Assembly (NCBI GenBank): GCA_043228905.1
Contig: JBHGNT010000001.1
Coordinates: forward strand, 33,542,001-33,606,000
DNA from: Azolla caroliniana
Taxonomy: Eukaryota > Plantae > Polypodiophyta
Direction of reading: 5' to 3'
Length of the DNA stretch: 64,000 nucleotides
The notes under the pieces were generated by a model, which had not been told where the DNA came from, did not search any database, and worked only from the letters and a program-made list of their open reading frames with translations. Each line of letters starts with the position of its first letter. The stretch's first letter is position 1. Below, piece after piece: positions 38,327 to 57,157 of the stretch. Both the position numbers and the translations under genes were made by a program.

Positions 38327-41300
38327 TCATGAGTCATCACTCAAGCCATACATACATACATAGTTAGGGCTCATCCACTACCTCTCACACATGCATTGCC
38401 CATCCACCATCATGTCCGAGCGAAAACTAGACCAATGCCCGATCGCATAAGTTCACGACAATAAACAAAACACCTTCGGTTCGATATATCGCCCACCATG
38501 TCATCAGGGATCTGGGTCACCAACATCATTGCCTTCGAAGCATGGATATTTTTCAAACAGTTTCCGCATAAGAGTTTTTGTCCAGATTTCTATTGATACG
38601 AACAAGAACCATAAGCTCGCCCGCAAAGAGTGTTGAGGAAATTTTTCTTTAGGTAGGAAAATTTTTGTCTCGGCTTCATTGCTTTTATCAAGGGCTATCT
38701 ATCCTCCGTATATCTTAGAGTCGCAATGTGAAAAGTGGAAGTCTTAACCAATAGAAAAAGCCAATCAAATTTCTCAATATGAGTGTATAGTCAAACAAGG
38801 ACAACAAGAAAAACAGGTAGTTTGATCAAATGTCTCTTGTCATTCTTGCCACTCTTCAATTTGAAACAAATCCTTGAAAACAAGAAAGATTAGCCGATAA
38901 GCTTCACTAACTATCCATGTTCTTTGTTTCAAACAAAATGCAATTGGGAATTAATGCTAAATTCGCTTATTATATGTGGTTATGTTCCTAGAGAACTAAA
39001 TTTAGGGTGAAAAACTCATCACGAATTATCAGATAAAGTCAACATTCATATTTCTTCTTAATGATACCATTGACTAACAACAACCCAACTTAATCAAATG
39101 ATAAAGCATAGAAACGATAGAATCCACGTGGTTAGTATTTACTATCCCATCAATGCTTGCTCAATTTTTAGAGTATTCATACAAAATTGTTTTGGAACAA
39201 GTTCAATTTAGGTCTATGTTGTACTTAAATTTGTTGTTATAGACAATAAGTTTTAATGCCTATTGGAGTGACATGCAATTTGCTTTTGCAAATACCTTTA
39301 GGCTTCGAAACTCTTCTACACAATCAAAATATAAAGCTTATGCAACCAAACCAATCGTACTTTTGAGGCGGGGAATCTTTTCTTCGAAACATTTTTGGTG
39401 AACATGTGGTTTGAATTTTTGGTGAGCGCGAAAATATTGGTTCTGGAATTTCATTCAAGGAACATTTTATGGTCAGTGCATTTTCAATTTTGATGAGCGC
39501 GAAAATCTTGTACCCAATATACCTCATTATTATCTCGCGAACCTTTCTTCTACCCTTGATGATTGTCAACAAGATTGTGTGGTAGCGTATTATATCACTT
39601 TTCAATATAGCGTGCATTTTGTTGACGTGAGAAAACGGGTTGAATATAATAATAGTGCTAGCTTTTACCCATTGATCATTTGCATGTTTTTCCCTCGACA
39701 TTGTCCACCACCTGTCACTCAACTTAGAAAAGAAAAGTGTTCAATTTAAGAAAAGAATATTTAAAATGGCATGCAATATATACTATTGAAACAAGCCACA
39801 ATAGAAAAGGCTCAAGCTTTTCTCTATGAAGAGTATATGTTGTACAAACCGTAATTCATATATGTATTTGACGATCAAGAGTCGTTAAATAGTATAGAGT
39901 GTAAAATATGCTCCTATTTTGAAAAGAGAGTGACAAAACCATGCTCAAAGAAGGGTAAATAAAAAATCATAAATTGGAAAATCTCTAAGTGGGCCTCAAA
40001 CAAACTATAGACCAATACATGATGATTGTTTAGTGGAGGACAAAAGGTTGGTTGATGAGAGAGGTGTTTAAATTCCTAAAATTAAGAGGACATATTGTGT
40101 GAATAAAAAATTCAGCTCTTCAAGATTTCCAACAATCTGTGTTAACACAATATGTCCTCAAATATTAACACTGATTAACATAAGTTGTAGAGTGATCTAA
40201 CATTGTTGTGCCGACTATTGGGCATGAGTATGTATCAAGTCCGTATCTAATATGTAAGCAAAAAATCTAATTCCGCGTTGAGACTCTACGATATGGCGAG
40301 GTTCTCGACAATCTTACTAGTTCCCATTCGCTACCAAGGTGCGGCCATCATTCATTTGTGGTAGTATGGGATACCAATGGGCACGTGTGTATATCTCTCA
40401 CCATCTCTAGAGGATGGTTAGGTAGATGCAGTCCATTTTCTAACCTTCTCCTATTTTAGTTTGTTTATATATTGCTTACATATTAGATTTGGACTCTAAC
40501 AACATGAGTCGATTGGGTAAGATGTGTTCTTTCCTACATCAACACATATGCTCATTGTTGGGCATATGACCCCTTTTTCCATTCAATCTTTGGTAGTCAA
40601 TACACGTATTTTATGTATGGTTGACATAAATAGAGTACAACATTGTTGGTAATAGACATGAATCTTGTCTTCACTTAGTGGAAAAACATAGCTCCCAAAC
40701 CCGACATGTTCCAAGTATTTGAGTTATCAAGTACTCTCGTTTAACAATGCTTCTATAGTGAAACTTTGTGAGCGATGACCTCCCTTATATGTGTGCATGA
40801 CTCAACTTATTTTCGATCAAGTATAATGGTGTATTGATTGACTATTACATCGCCGCCTCAATCACCAATAACAATGATGTCGCATTTCTATACAATTTTT
40901 GCTTCCTTGAATCGTGACATTTGAAAATAGGTATTTTGCTAAGAAACACGACGAGGGAGTTGCTACCCAACAGAAATAGATTGTGTGTTTTGTGTTTCAA
41001 TGTGCGAGGAAGAGAGAGAGAAATAGTGACTTAACTGTCGATATATTTTATTATCATCCATGAAGGTCAAATACGGCCAATGGAACCAGCAATGATTTTG
41101 TCTTTGCCTAATGTGTTGAATGACTCTCAATGATGAAGAATTTTAGTAATAAAAGTTGCCATTGAAAGAGCACATTTTGATCATGAGAAGAATGTGTGTA
41201 GGAATTGACCAAATTGACAGTGTGTGGAAATCAAAGTTGAACGTGGTCAAATGCAAGCATTGCATTAAAATGTGATACTTTGAGTCCTCTACTTGCTTGT

Positions 41301-42971
41301 AGCAAAACATGGATTGTCAACGAGTCTCACATCAGAGAGAATGTGAGCTAAGCCACATCCAAGCAATGACACAAATCACATATAAAGGGATGAGCTCTAA
41401 CGTAGTAACATGTATGGATAGGGTGGTTTCCATCTTTGAAAAAGAAGATGGTTTTGTGGTTTGGTGCAACATATTAATATTATGTGTGAAACGAGGGTCT
41501 CCACATCTTCTCTAAGCTCTGGTACATTTATGTTGCAAAAAAACCCATTCATACAGGGATCTATTGCCACATGTTGAAGCAAATGTGATGCATACAAATT
41601 TCCAAACCATTGATTCAAATGTTGCATCCATCTACTACGCAATAAGTTGCTTTTTTACATCTTTTGAATCGTCTTACTTGCTTCACATACAATCCCAAGA
41701 AGTTGATGCGAGTAAACATGTACTTCATAATCCTTTCATGGCCATGGCCCTAAGGGGGAAGTGATATGATCTCTAGGAATATTAGCATGTATGATGTTTT
41801 ATAGCTTGATATGAAGAGACTTCGTACAAATTTGCTTCGGAACATTTTCAAACACTTTCCAAGTGATTTTAGATGCCAACACCCCACTTTGTTGAGGGTC
41901 ATCAATGTCACCAACGTGTCCAAGAGAGAGAGAAAGAGTAAAATAACCTTTTTATAATCCATGAGGAGGCCAAATTTGACCTATGGATTACAACAATAAG
42001 AGGTTTATCATATCAAATGATAATCAACCACCGCACAAGAGATGAGCACTTGGTTTTCATAGAAGAGAGCGAGGAGAACATTAATGCAAATGGTATGTGT
42101 ACGTACATATGTAAAGGAAAGTAGGTATACGCTTACGAGAGACTAATTTGTGAGCTATAATACATGTGCTCCACACTCGAGTATTCATGCTTACGACATA
42201 GCTTGTTATCTAAATACACCCTTTCAAGTTCGACTATGCAATATGGACCAATGAGTTTGGATTGCCTTTGTTCACACATGTGCTCCCCATCAAGCTTAGA
42301 TAAAATAGACGGAGAAAAAGCACCATTGAAAAACGCATAAGTTTATCCACTCCAAGTGTTTTTGTAAATATATTTGTCATCCAACAATAAGGTTGGAGAT
42401 GATGGAGATCATAAATTCTTGTTGCAATCAACTCATGGGTGTAACAATGATACCTCAATGCACGTCGTTCACTCATGAGACATTGGGGTTTGTATTGGTT
42501 TGATGCAACCGATATTGTTGTAGAGTCATATTGGGTCATCAATTGTGATGTTGAAACTCGTTGAGGATTTGCTTGAACCACGAGACTTCACAAAGTGGCA
42601 ACTAGAGATGGGGCCGCTTCTCAAAGAGAAGGCACATCATGACGTTGATTGTTGATTAACGAAGGTATTGGCTGAATTGGGGTTTGTGAAGAGACCTTCA
42701 ATCAGTATTAAGCCTTGCAGTTTGAAGTGTCACAACGATTGATGATGGGACTTGTAAATATCATATTTGCCTAATTGGGATTGCAAGAAATTCACAAAAA
42801 GGCAAGCTCCAGAAGGGTAGACGTGGGTCTAAAATTTCGGCAGCCACAATTGGACAACACGTCACATCATCATGGATCATGACTTCTCAACATGGTGTGT
42901 TGGGTTGTCTCAAGAAAAGGGTCTATAGAAGAATAATATGTTGAATCTCATGGGACGAAAGTCAAAATATG

Positions 42972-43255
42972 TACACACACACACACACACACACACGCAT
43001 ACATAGATACATAGATACATAGATACATAGATAACATAGATAACATAGATAACATAGATAACATAGATATACATACATAGATACATAGATATACATACAT
43101 TACATACATATATTATATATGTATACATACATATATTATATATGTATACATACATATATTATATATGTATACATACATATATTATATATGTATACATACA
43201 TATATTATATATGTATACATACATATAATACATACATAAATACATACATAAATAC
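42972..43255. repeat. Compound (CA)n / ACATAGAT / 23-bp AT-rich minisatellite upstream of LCB2
   Basis: acatacatatattatatatgtat occurs ~4-5 times; acatagat(a) units precede it. Confidence 0.9.
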
Positions 43256-43494
43256 ACTATCTATATGCATAAGTTGTAACAAATACATGCATTTTCTGAT
43301 TACATGTACACAAAGTGAAGAAGAAGAAGAAGTGTGACGATGGCCATGGAATGAAAAAAAACTCAGCTTTGAAGAAGGATTAATTCGATGCCAAACTCCA
43401 GAGCGCCAGCGATGGTTTAGCAGACCCGAGCGAGAGCACCGAAATAACTCTCCCTTTGCCTCTCTGCGCAGAACCACGTTTAGATCTCTGCGCA

Positions 43495-43503
43495 AAACCC
43501 TAA
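43495..43503 (+). promoter_or_regulatory. Telo-box (AAACCCTAA) at the end of the putative LCB2 5'-UTR exon
   Basis: Exact motif, followed by a TG|GTAAGA donor at ~43507 and a pyrimidine-rich intron start. A candidate acceptor ttttgcag lies at ~45673. Confidence 0.55.
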
Positions 43504-45755
43504 CTGGTAAGATCTATCTCTCATTCTGTTTTAGTCTTTTATTTTTAGCGTTACACGGCTTCATATGAACCGGTACCCCCCCCTCTTCCTTTCTCTCTCC
43601 GTGTCCTCTTCTCTGTTTCTTTACGTTCTCTCTCTCTCTCTCTCTCCGTCTACGTCTGTTATAATTGTGCCAACAATGTAATTATCCGTTTTGTAATTAT
43701 GGATTGAGAGACAGAAGCATTACCCTATCAACGAACAATGTCCACCCTTGGGTCATCTCCTTCGAGGGTAGTGAACTCAAAGTCAAAAGTGCAGATCCAT
43801 TAGAAAAGAGAGGGAGATAAACATTTGTACTAAACTTTTCAAACAGCTGCAAGGCCAGATTTATCAACCAGACCAAAGGAATGGCATGTGAGCGAGATTT
43901 GACACAAGTTCTGATAACAAGAAGAGATGAAAAAACCCTACCCAGTTCTCAATAAAAAGCCGACTTGGTCCATCCAGTCAACTTCGCTTGATATCTGAGT
44001 GCAATATTTTGTTATAATCTTGTTGATTCCAGCCCGTGTCAATGTAACAAATTGATTCATCCAAGTAACAGAAAGGTTGAAGTTGATCTATTCTAAACCC
44101 ATGTAACTCAACATGAAGTCGTATGTGGAGACCAACATGAAGTACTCCTACCCAATGCATACTGATGTCGAGGAAGCTATCTAGTACTTTGAATGATATA
44201 TATTGATCTTGACAGGGCCTCAGCTATAATCCGTGTACTGCCATCTCAGGGCTTATGATCTGGTGCTGCACCTTACCGTTTTAGCTTGAATCATCTTGTG
44301 ATTGAATACATGTCGCATCTCCTTGACATATGCAAACTTTTTGTAATGAAACTGAGTGCAAAACACAAGCTTTACTACTACAAAATCATGTTTATATGTT
44401 TCAAAATACTAGTAAACAAACAGTTTGTTCACTCAAATCGATGTGAATGCCTTATCTCTCTGCCATATTTAGAGCCCCAATGGAACACCACATCAGGAAA
44501 CACTTCGATATTTTGCATGGGGCCATTTCTTCAGAAATCCATTGCCTGATGTCGTGCACTAGTCCAGTTTTGTCAATGATGTCAGATAGGCTGCAAGTTT
44601 TACTCGAATAATGACTACATACACACTAATTTGTTATTTTCGGTGCATGAAGAATTGATATTAACGATTTTATCTTATAACAGGCAATGATATGTAATGG
44701 CATCCACTTGACCTACGACTTGTTAATTAGGATTCAGATTAGCACTTCACGTAATCCTATAGATGCTATGACTAAGGCCCTCCCAAAGGCACATCAACAT
44801 TGTCTTCAGCGCGTGGGAACTACATAGCATAAAAGGAACCTCCTTGGCCATTTAAGTAGGAGTTCGTTTTTATACTAGAAACGCCTTTTTATTCTCCTTG
44901 TCCTTCAAACTGTAAGATGCACTGTGCACTTTTCTTCGCAAATCATGCTTCACAACTCTTCATGTTGCATATTAATGGATTTCTGATGCCCCAGGGCCCA
45001 AACTTTGTTTCTAATGCCTTCACATCCTCTGTGGGGTTTCCCCTTTTCTTCCAAGGGCATGGTTTTTCCTGTTTGCCTCTTCTTCAAATATTGCATTTGT
45101 CATTAACACTTGTCCACAGTTGCCCCTTTATACTAACTTAACTGTTTCTACCCAGAATACATTTACTTTTCTTATGTTCTGGGCATCGTCAGATTGATCT
45201 TCCACATCCCTAGCTACCTGTGCTGATGTTAGCATTTCCTCTACACCTTCTTTCAACCATGTGGATACTCTTCCCCATTGCCTCCTGGGCTTCCTGGCAA
45301 ATTTTTATAGCATAGGGATAGGTCAGAGTTGAAACCTCTGAAGAGCAAGCTCAAATATGGTAAAGGGTGGAGCGTCACAGTAGAGCATGATCCTGAGACT
45401 ATCAAACTTGTTTGGGGCAAAACATGTATAGTTGACTAGTCTCCTTGCTGGTGGCCCAATACCTTGTTTCCCATCGAAGGGAATGTGGGTGAACTTGGAA
45501 AAGAGAGAGAGATGAATTAGTAACAAAAAGACGGCGAACTATTATGATAAAATCCAGTATACAATAAAAAGAAAGAAAAGAAGAGAGGGATGTGTATGTA
45601 CTATGTAAGATGTATTTGACTTTTAAAATAAATGCCTAGGGTTAACTCTGCTTTTGTTCAAGCTCTTTTGCAGAAAGACTAGTTGTTTTGCGAGGTCTTT
45701 TATCAATACATCATTAAATTCTATAGAAATCCCAACACACACACAGAAGCTCAAG

Positions 45756-51686
<5,931 letters not shown>

Positions 51687-52639
51687 ATATATCAAATAGT
51701 GAGAAAAGGCCAAAGTGGATGCACTAGGTTTGTTTTTGGAAGGGAGCATCAAACGTCAGATGCCTTACATCACTGTATTCATTTTAGTACCCCGCACTAG
51801 TGAGTCCAATCCGCTTAACATGTTTACATGATGTGTATTTTGAAATATGTAATTTGTCCATGAAAATGCACAAAATGGGTGTGCACCTTCCAGCTTGAAT
51901 CAATTATTGCTTTTTGTTTATATACTTACTAACTTTATCCAACTTCAAAGATTTGAAAAATTCTTGTGAAATTGAAATTCATTAAAAGTGATTGTGGTTT
52001 ATCTTTGATAGTTGTCGGAGTTGTGCTTCTAAAGCTCTATTGGCTTCCATGAATGCATTTTGAGTCAAATAATAAATTAACTCTTCATGACTTCATTTGA
52101 GTTCAGCATGATGGTTTTAATAATATTTTCAACCTTTTAAAGTCCTCTTCAAATGCCACATTTCCATTATAAAGTACTCTTTAGATGCCTAAAACCCAAA
52201 ACTGTGCTCGCTTTTGCTCATACATGAGTTGAAGGTCAACATTTCCAGACCAAATTATATGGTCTGACGAGTTTCAGTAAGCTTGCCATGTTCTTTGTCC
52301 AATTATAGGCCACGAGAAATAGAAGAAACCTTACATTATTTCGGCATCTCTCCTTTTGGAAATAATTTGTTAATGTCCAAAAGCACTTTTTGATTAATTT
52401 CTTTATACATAAATACACCATATATGCTCTTGCTTAAATCTTTCTAATAACTGTTAAAGTTTCATCTAAAAATTGATGAATATAAAGCCCCTATCTCTTC
52501 TTTCTATTGTTGTCAATCATTGATGAATCAAATCAGGGATCAAGCTCTGCTCAGCTTTCTTCCTTTGGTTCACACCCAAGAATAAATTAAATGTTGACTC
52601 CCACCAAGGATATAAGGGACATTTTGGGGATGTTTGGTT

Positions 52640-53230
52640 TCTTGTGGGCAAGGAGGTTGTTACTTCATTGCAGTGGGTCGTTCTAAGCTATAAATCTAAT
52701 AAATTTAATAATTTGATCAATAAAGGTACGGCAGTTGCCTCTCTCCGTATGACAGGTTTTTTGTTGATTCAGTGGGTCGAAACCAAGCATTTACCGTCGA
52801 GCAATCCATATGAATTATCCATGTTTCTATTGTGGAGTTTTGGTTGAAACAAAGGAAAAAATGGGAAAACTATCGTTCCAAAACTATTAGCTTGATAGAA
52901 AGAACATAATTATGATAGGTCAAGTTCTAGGCAAACCATATAGTGAGATTGTATTTCCAATTCTTGCGCCGGACCTTGCTAACAATAAGGATGCTTGTAG
53001 TAGTCGTATAGTCAGTAACTCTCTGAGTGTAAAGATTGAAAGAGTGTTCGTTCAAATAGCTCCCGTCAAGTCTTTGTACCTATCTCGCTTCGACGTCCAA
53101 AAGTCATTTAGCTGAAGTTAGATTTGGCTCAAGATTACCTGCAAAAAAATCTTGGGTTCCCCTGAATCTGGGAGCTGTCACTCGATCTAATTGAGTTCAT
53201 AGCGTCTACCATTCCGCCATGTCCCCTACT
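52640..53230. pseudogene. Mosaic plastid DNA insertion (NUPT): ccsA fragment (~52650-52845, +), petA fragment (~52847-52995, +), trnL 5' exon plus group I intron start (53226-53180, -)
   Basis: WVETKHLPSSNPYELSMFLLWSF resembles ccs[62 protein letters not shown] resembles petA. GGGGACATGGCGGAATGGTAGACGCTATGAACTC|AATTAGATCGAG resembles the trnL exon 1/intron junction. Confidence 0.88.
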
Positions 53231-53367
53231 CTTGGGCCCCAAAAAACTGAAACACAAAATTGGAGTACTCTAAGATAGAGCCTTTAGTCCCAAATAAGCA
53301 TAATACTATTATTCTAGTCTCCTATGCATGGTATATTTTTAACAACGTAGTACTATTAGTATAGGTT

Positions 53368-54319
53368 ATTATGTATATATGTTTCATGAGAAGTTAGTAT
53401 TATTAGTATAGTATCTCGTGTGTGTTAGTACTATTGGTCTATCCTCCTATAGCGATTCAATACTATTTGCCTAATCCTTTTTATAACAATTTAGTATTGC
53501 TAGCATAGCCTCTTCGGTGCAATGTTTTTTATAACAACTTATAAGTACCATTAATTCTACGGATGCCAATAATTGGAGCCCAACCCTTGGTTGTCATTGA
53601 CACGACATTGGTTGATAAGTTTTTCATAGGCAGCAATCTGTCATATATCTATGTCCGATCGAAACGGTCTTTCGAGTTTCAATCGATCTCGATAGCTTAG
53701 ATCCCATAAGACATGTAAATTGTTGGTTGTTCCATTGTCGTAAGAGCGGTTCATTAATGTTCGTTGAGGGCTTGATCAAACAATCCTAAACTGACAACCC
53801 CCCCTCTATAGTAAGCCATGTTTTATTAACACTTGTGTGTGCGGGTGTTCAAATCTCACTCACGATATAGGTATATAGGTACCACCTAATTTAGCGGCAT
53901 CAGAATGTAGATGTATCATGTGCTTGAGGCAAAACATTCACCTTTTAACTCACCTTCTTATCCATGTTTGCAAGCCAAAAAGTGTGAAGGGGGGGGGGGG
54001 GTGACTACAGATCATAGTATGTAATATACTCGAATGCATTGTCAAACATTCTTTTTCCATACGAATGAAAACGAATGAAATGTTAGCAAAACATTCTTAT
54101 GTTTGTTTTTTTGTTTTTACACTTTTTTACCTTACCTTTCTTACCTTAAAAATAGTTTTACCTTATAATAAATAATGGAATACAGTACATATTTACCATA
54201 CGTCGGAGGTGTTTTTACATACGCGAATGATGGAAACATTCTCGAATGCGAAGGCACATATGGTTCAAACTTTATACTATGCTACAGATCATTAAGCTAG
54301 CGGTAATCATCCCTAACAC

Positions 54320-54358
<39 letters not shown>

Positions 54359-54380
54359 AGAGAGAAAAGACGGGGAGACA
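53368..54380 (+). repeat. Left arm of long inverted repeat (upstream/5' region of the SWIB gene, interrupted by a MITE)
   Basis: Reverse-complement match to ~56445-57157, e.g. ggagcccaacccttggttgtcattgacacgacattggttgataagtttttcataggcagcaa vs ttgctgcctatgaaaaacttatcaaccaatgtcgtgtcaatgacaaccaagggttgggctcc. Confidence 0.95.
54013..54281. mobile_element. hAT-type MITE (269 bp)
   Basis: 8-bp TSD CTACAGAT at 54005-54012 and 54282-54289; TIRs CATAGTAT/ATACTATG. The empty site is preserved in the inverted copy (gtgactacagatcattaagctag on the minus strand at ~56524-56546). Confidence 0.93.
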
Positions 54381-54422
54381 GAGACAGAGACAGAGACAGA
54401 GACAGAGGGGGAGAAGCCAACG

Positions 54423-55521
54423 ATGCCCGCGCCATCGACGTTTTCTTCCCTCGCTGCCAGGCTCTTCAGTTCCGCCATACGGAAACAGCAGCAGCAGCAG
54501 CAGCTACTGTGTCATCCTCCTTCATACTCTGACACTCTTCTTGTAAGATGTTGCTTCTCCTCCAAGGCCAAAGACAAGGCGAAGGGCAAATCTGGTAGTA
54601 CAGAGAAGGAGGCGCCTCCTCCTGCCGCAGAGAAGAAGTCTTCAAGCAAGAAACCACACTGGAGCCAGCAAGTCTTCTACAAGGTCTCTGCTCGTCTTGT
54701 TCCGATCTTGGATTGTAAAGAAGCCACTCGTCCTGAAGCTATCGAGCGCATGTGGGATTATATCAAGACTAACAACCTTCAGGCACGCCTACTTTTCTTG
54801 CTCCTATTCGTCCCTATCATTAATTAAGTAGAAGGGCACATTGTCATTGTTGTGTTGTGTGCACTCTCCTTCAATATGCTAATGGTGGATCTGTGGGAAA
54901 TTTTCCTTATTAATAGCCATCGTTCATTTTTCATGAAAAAGAGGAATATGAAATTATGGAATAGACCACAATTTTATAGGAAACTCACTAAGATTGGTTA
55001 TTTATCTTGAATTGTATTTGATCATGGCTGAATGAATCATTCACAGTGCCATCTAATGCGTTTGATTGTGGTTGAAATTGATTCTTCATTCACAGTGCCA
55101 TCACTGGAACATATTAGCATACTTTAAGATCTGGTGAAAAAGGAATGCTCTTTTTGATTCCTCCTTTCTAACATGGGAAATACATATACTTCCTTAGACT
55201 ATGGACTAAACTTGCACTATCCTAATGCATTTTTACAATGATAATGATGAGATTGTCTGCTTTATTCATCGGTTGATCAAGAATCAAGATAGGCTTGTGA
55301 ATACCTGGGGAAAGTTCTTTGGTTCAAACAGTTTGACACTACTATGTATGTGAAATTTTTGTTCTGATAACATTTTTACTGCATTTCAGAAGGATAATGA
55401 TGAGATTGTCTGCGACGAGGCTCTGAAAAAAGCTTTTGGGCAAGCCAAGGTGCAGCGAAGTGAGATTCTCAAATTTTTGGATGTTAATCTCACAAGACTT
55501 AAACCTGGTTGTCATGCATGA
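54423..55521 (+). CDS. Stand-alone SWIB/MDM2-domain protein, probably organelle-targeted; exons 54423-54782, 55390-55521
   Basis: S/A/R-rich N-terminus, then KVSARLVPIL...TRPEAIERMWDYIKTNNLQ|KDNDEIVCDEALKKAFG (SWIB consensus VS..L..F.G....R..A.K.IW.YIK.NNLQ...I.CD..LK.IF). The join uses a GC-AG intron. Confidence 0.9.
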
Positions 55522-56444
55522 TTTTGTATTACCAATCTTTTTGGTCAATTCGACTGGTATTGACTTCGGATGTTACCAATTTTAAGGCAATTCTATTTGA
55601 TGCAGTATCATTACATATACAACAAGGAATGATGAAGTGGTCATTTGGCTTGCTTTAATAATTTTCCTATTTAGAGTTTCATAGAGGAATTTGACCCTAT
55701 ATTTTAATACAATAAAGGGTATTATTTGTTATATTGTGACTGTCACCCTCACATTCAACAAAATCAAAATGTGAGGGTATTATTAATGTTGTTCACCATC
55801 CCATCATTATATCACAATCAATACCCACATTTCACAAAACTCCCCCCTTTCCCTCTTTATGATCATAATGGATGTATGCTGTATGCTGTTCACCTAGCCT
55901 AGAGGCAGGCTGTCAATCTTGGTGGTGCAGCAATTTGATAGTGCTCTCATTAGCTGATGAGCACTCTTTTGATGGTGTACACGATTCCATGTTCTCTTGT
56001 AATTTCCCATAGAATGGTTGAGAGCATTTGGCGGTGTATCTGAGTTTACAATCTTTTGGGATTTTCATTGAAGAGCCCTTGTGTTCAGATCATTAATATC
56101 ATCTCGAGAATGTTTCACTAATTGGTCACTTCCCACCCAGTTGTAGAATTGGCTAGTATCATGTTCTTATAGCAAACATTTTGCCGTTCTAGTAGTCAGA
56201 CATGAGCAGAATTAAGATTTGACTTGTGATATATATTGATTGTGCATGCTCAGTTGCACAAATAAGAACAGCCAACAATTAACTGTAGCTTGCCATTTGA
56301 ATTTTGGGGTGCTGTTAAGGGGCGTGAAATTTTGACCTTATGATGGCATGACAAAGATTAATGCTAATGAGTTTTTATTAAAATTTCATTGCAGCATCTT
56401 TGTTATGATGCGACTAATAACATTATATTTTATTAAGTATCTCT

Positions 56445-57157
56445 CTCTCTCCCCCCGTCCACAATGTGCTCTTTTCTCTTTTCTCTCTTCTTTCTTTCTT
56501 TCTTTTTCTGTTAGGGATTCCTGCTAGCTTAATGATCTGTAGTCACTCCCTCCATTCACAGTTTTGTCTTGCAAACATGAATAACAAGGTGAGTTAAAAG
56601 GTGAATGTTGCCTCAAGCACATCTACATTCTGGTGCGGTAAATTAGGTGGTTCCTATATAGTGTGTGAGATTTGAACACCCGAGCACACAAGTGTTAATA
56701 AAACTTGGTTTACTGCAGGGGGTCAGTTTAGGATTGTTTGATCAAGCCCTCAACGAACATTAATGAACCACTCTTACAACAATGGAACAACCAACAATTA
56801 CATGTCTTATGGGATCTAAGCTATCGAGATCAATTGAAGCTTGAAAGACCATTTCGATAGGACATAGATATATGACAGCTTGCTGCCTATGAAAAACTTA
56901 TCAACCAATGTCGTGTCAATGACAACCAAGGGTTGGGCTCCAATTACTGGCATCCGTAGAAGACTAGACTAATGGTACTTATAAGTTATAAAAAACATTG
57001 CACTGAAGAGACTACACAAACAATACTAAATTGTTATAAAAAGGATTAGGCAAATAATATTGAATTGTTATAGGAGAATAGACTAATAGTACTAATGCAC
57101 ACAAGATACTACACTAACTAATAATACATACTACTCATCAAACATATTATACATAAT
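56445..57157 (-). repeat. Right arm of long inverted repeat (inverted copy of the SWIB upstream region, lacking the MITE)
   Basis: Reverse complement of 53368-54012 plus 54290-54380, including the (GAAA)n/gagagaaaaga tract. Confidence 0.95.

Noticed and set aside
39324-42830. Possible decayed CACTA/MULE transposase region
   Set aside because: Only faint, frame-broken resemblance and no TIR/TSD found; needs a TBLASTX search against a TE library.
43700-44230. Possible LINE ORF1 remnant in the LCB2 leader intron
   Set aside because: Similarity is too weak to call by eye.
53193-53226. Functional tRNA-Leu
   Set aside because: Only the 5' exon and the first bases of the intron are present; part of the NUPT.
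54246-54422. N-terminal extension of the SWIB ORF (MRRHIWFKL...ERKKERKK...ETETET)
   Set aside because: The ATG lies inside the MITE and the frame runs through microsatellites; ATG 54423 gives a typical targeting peptide.
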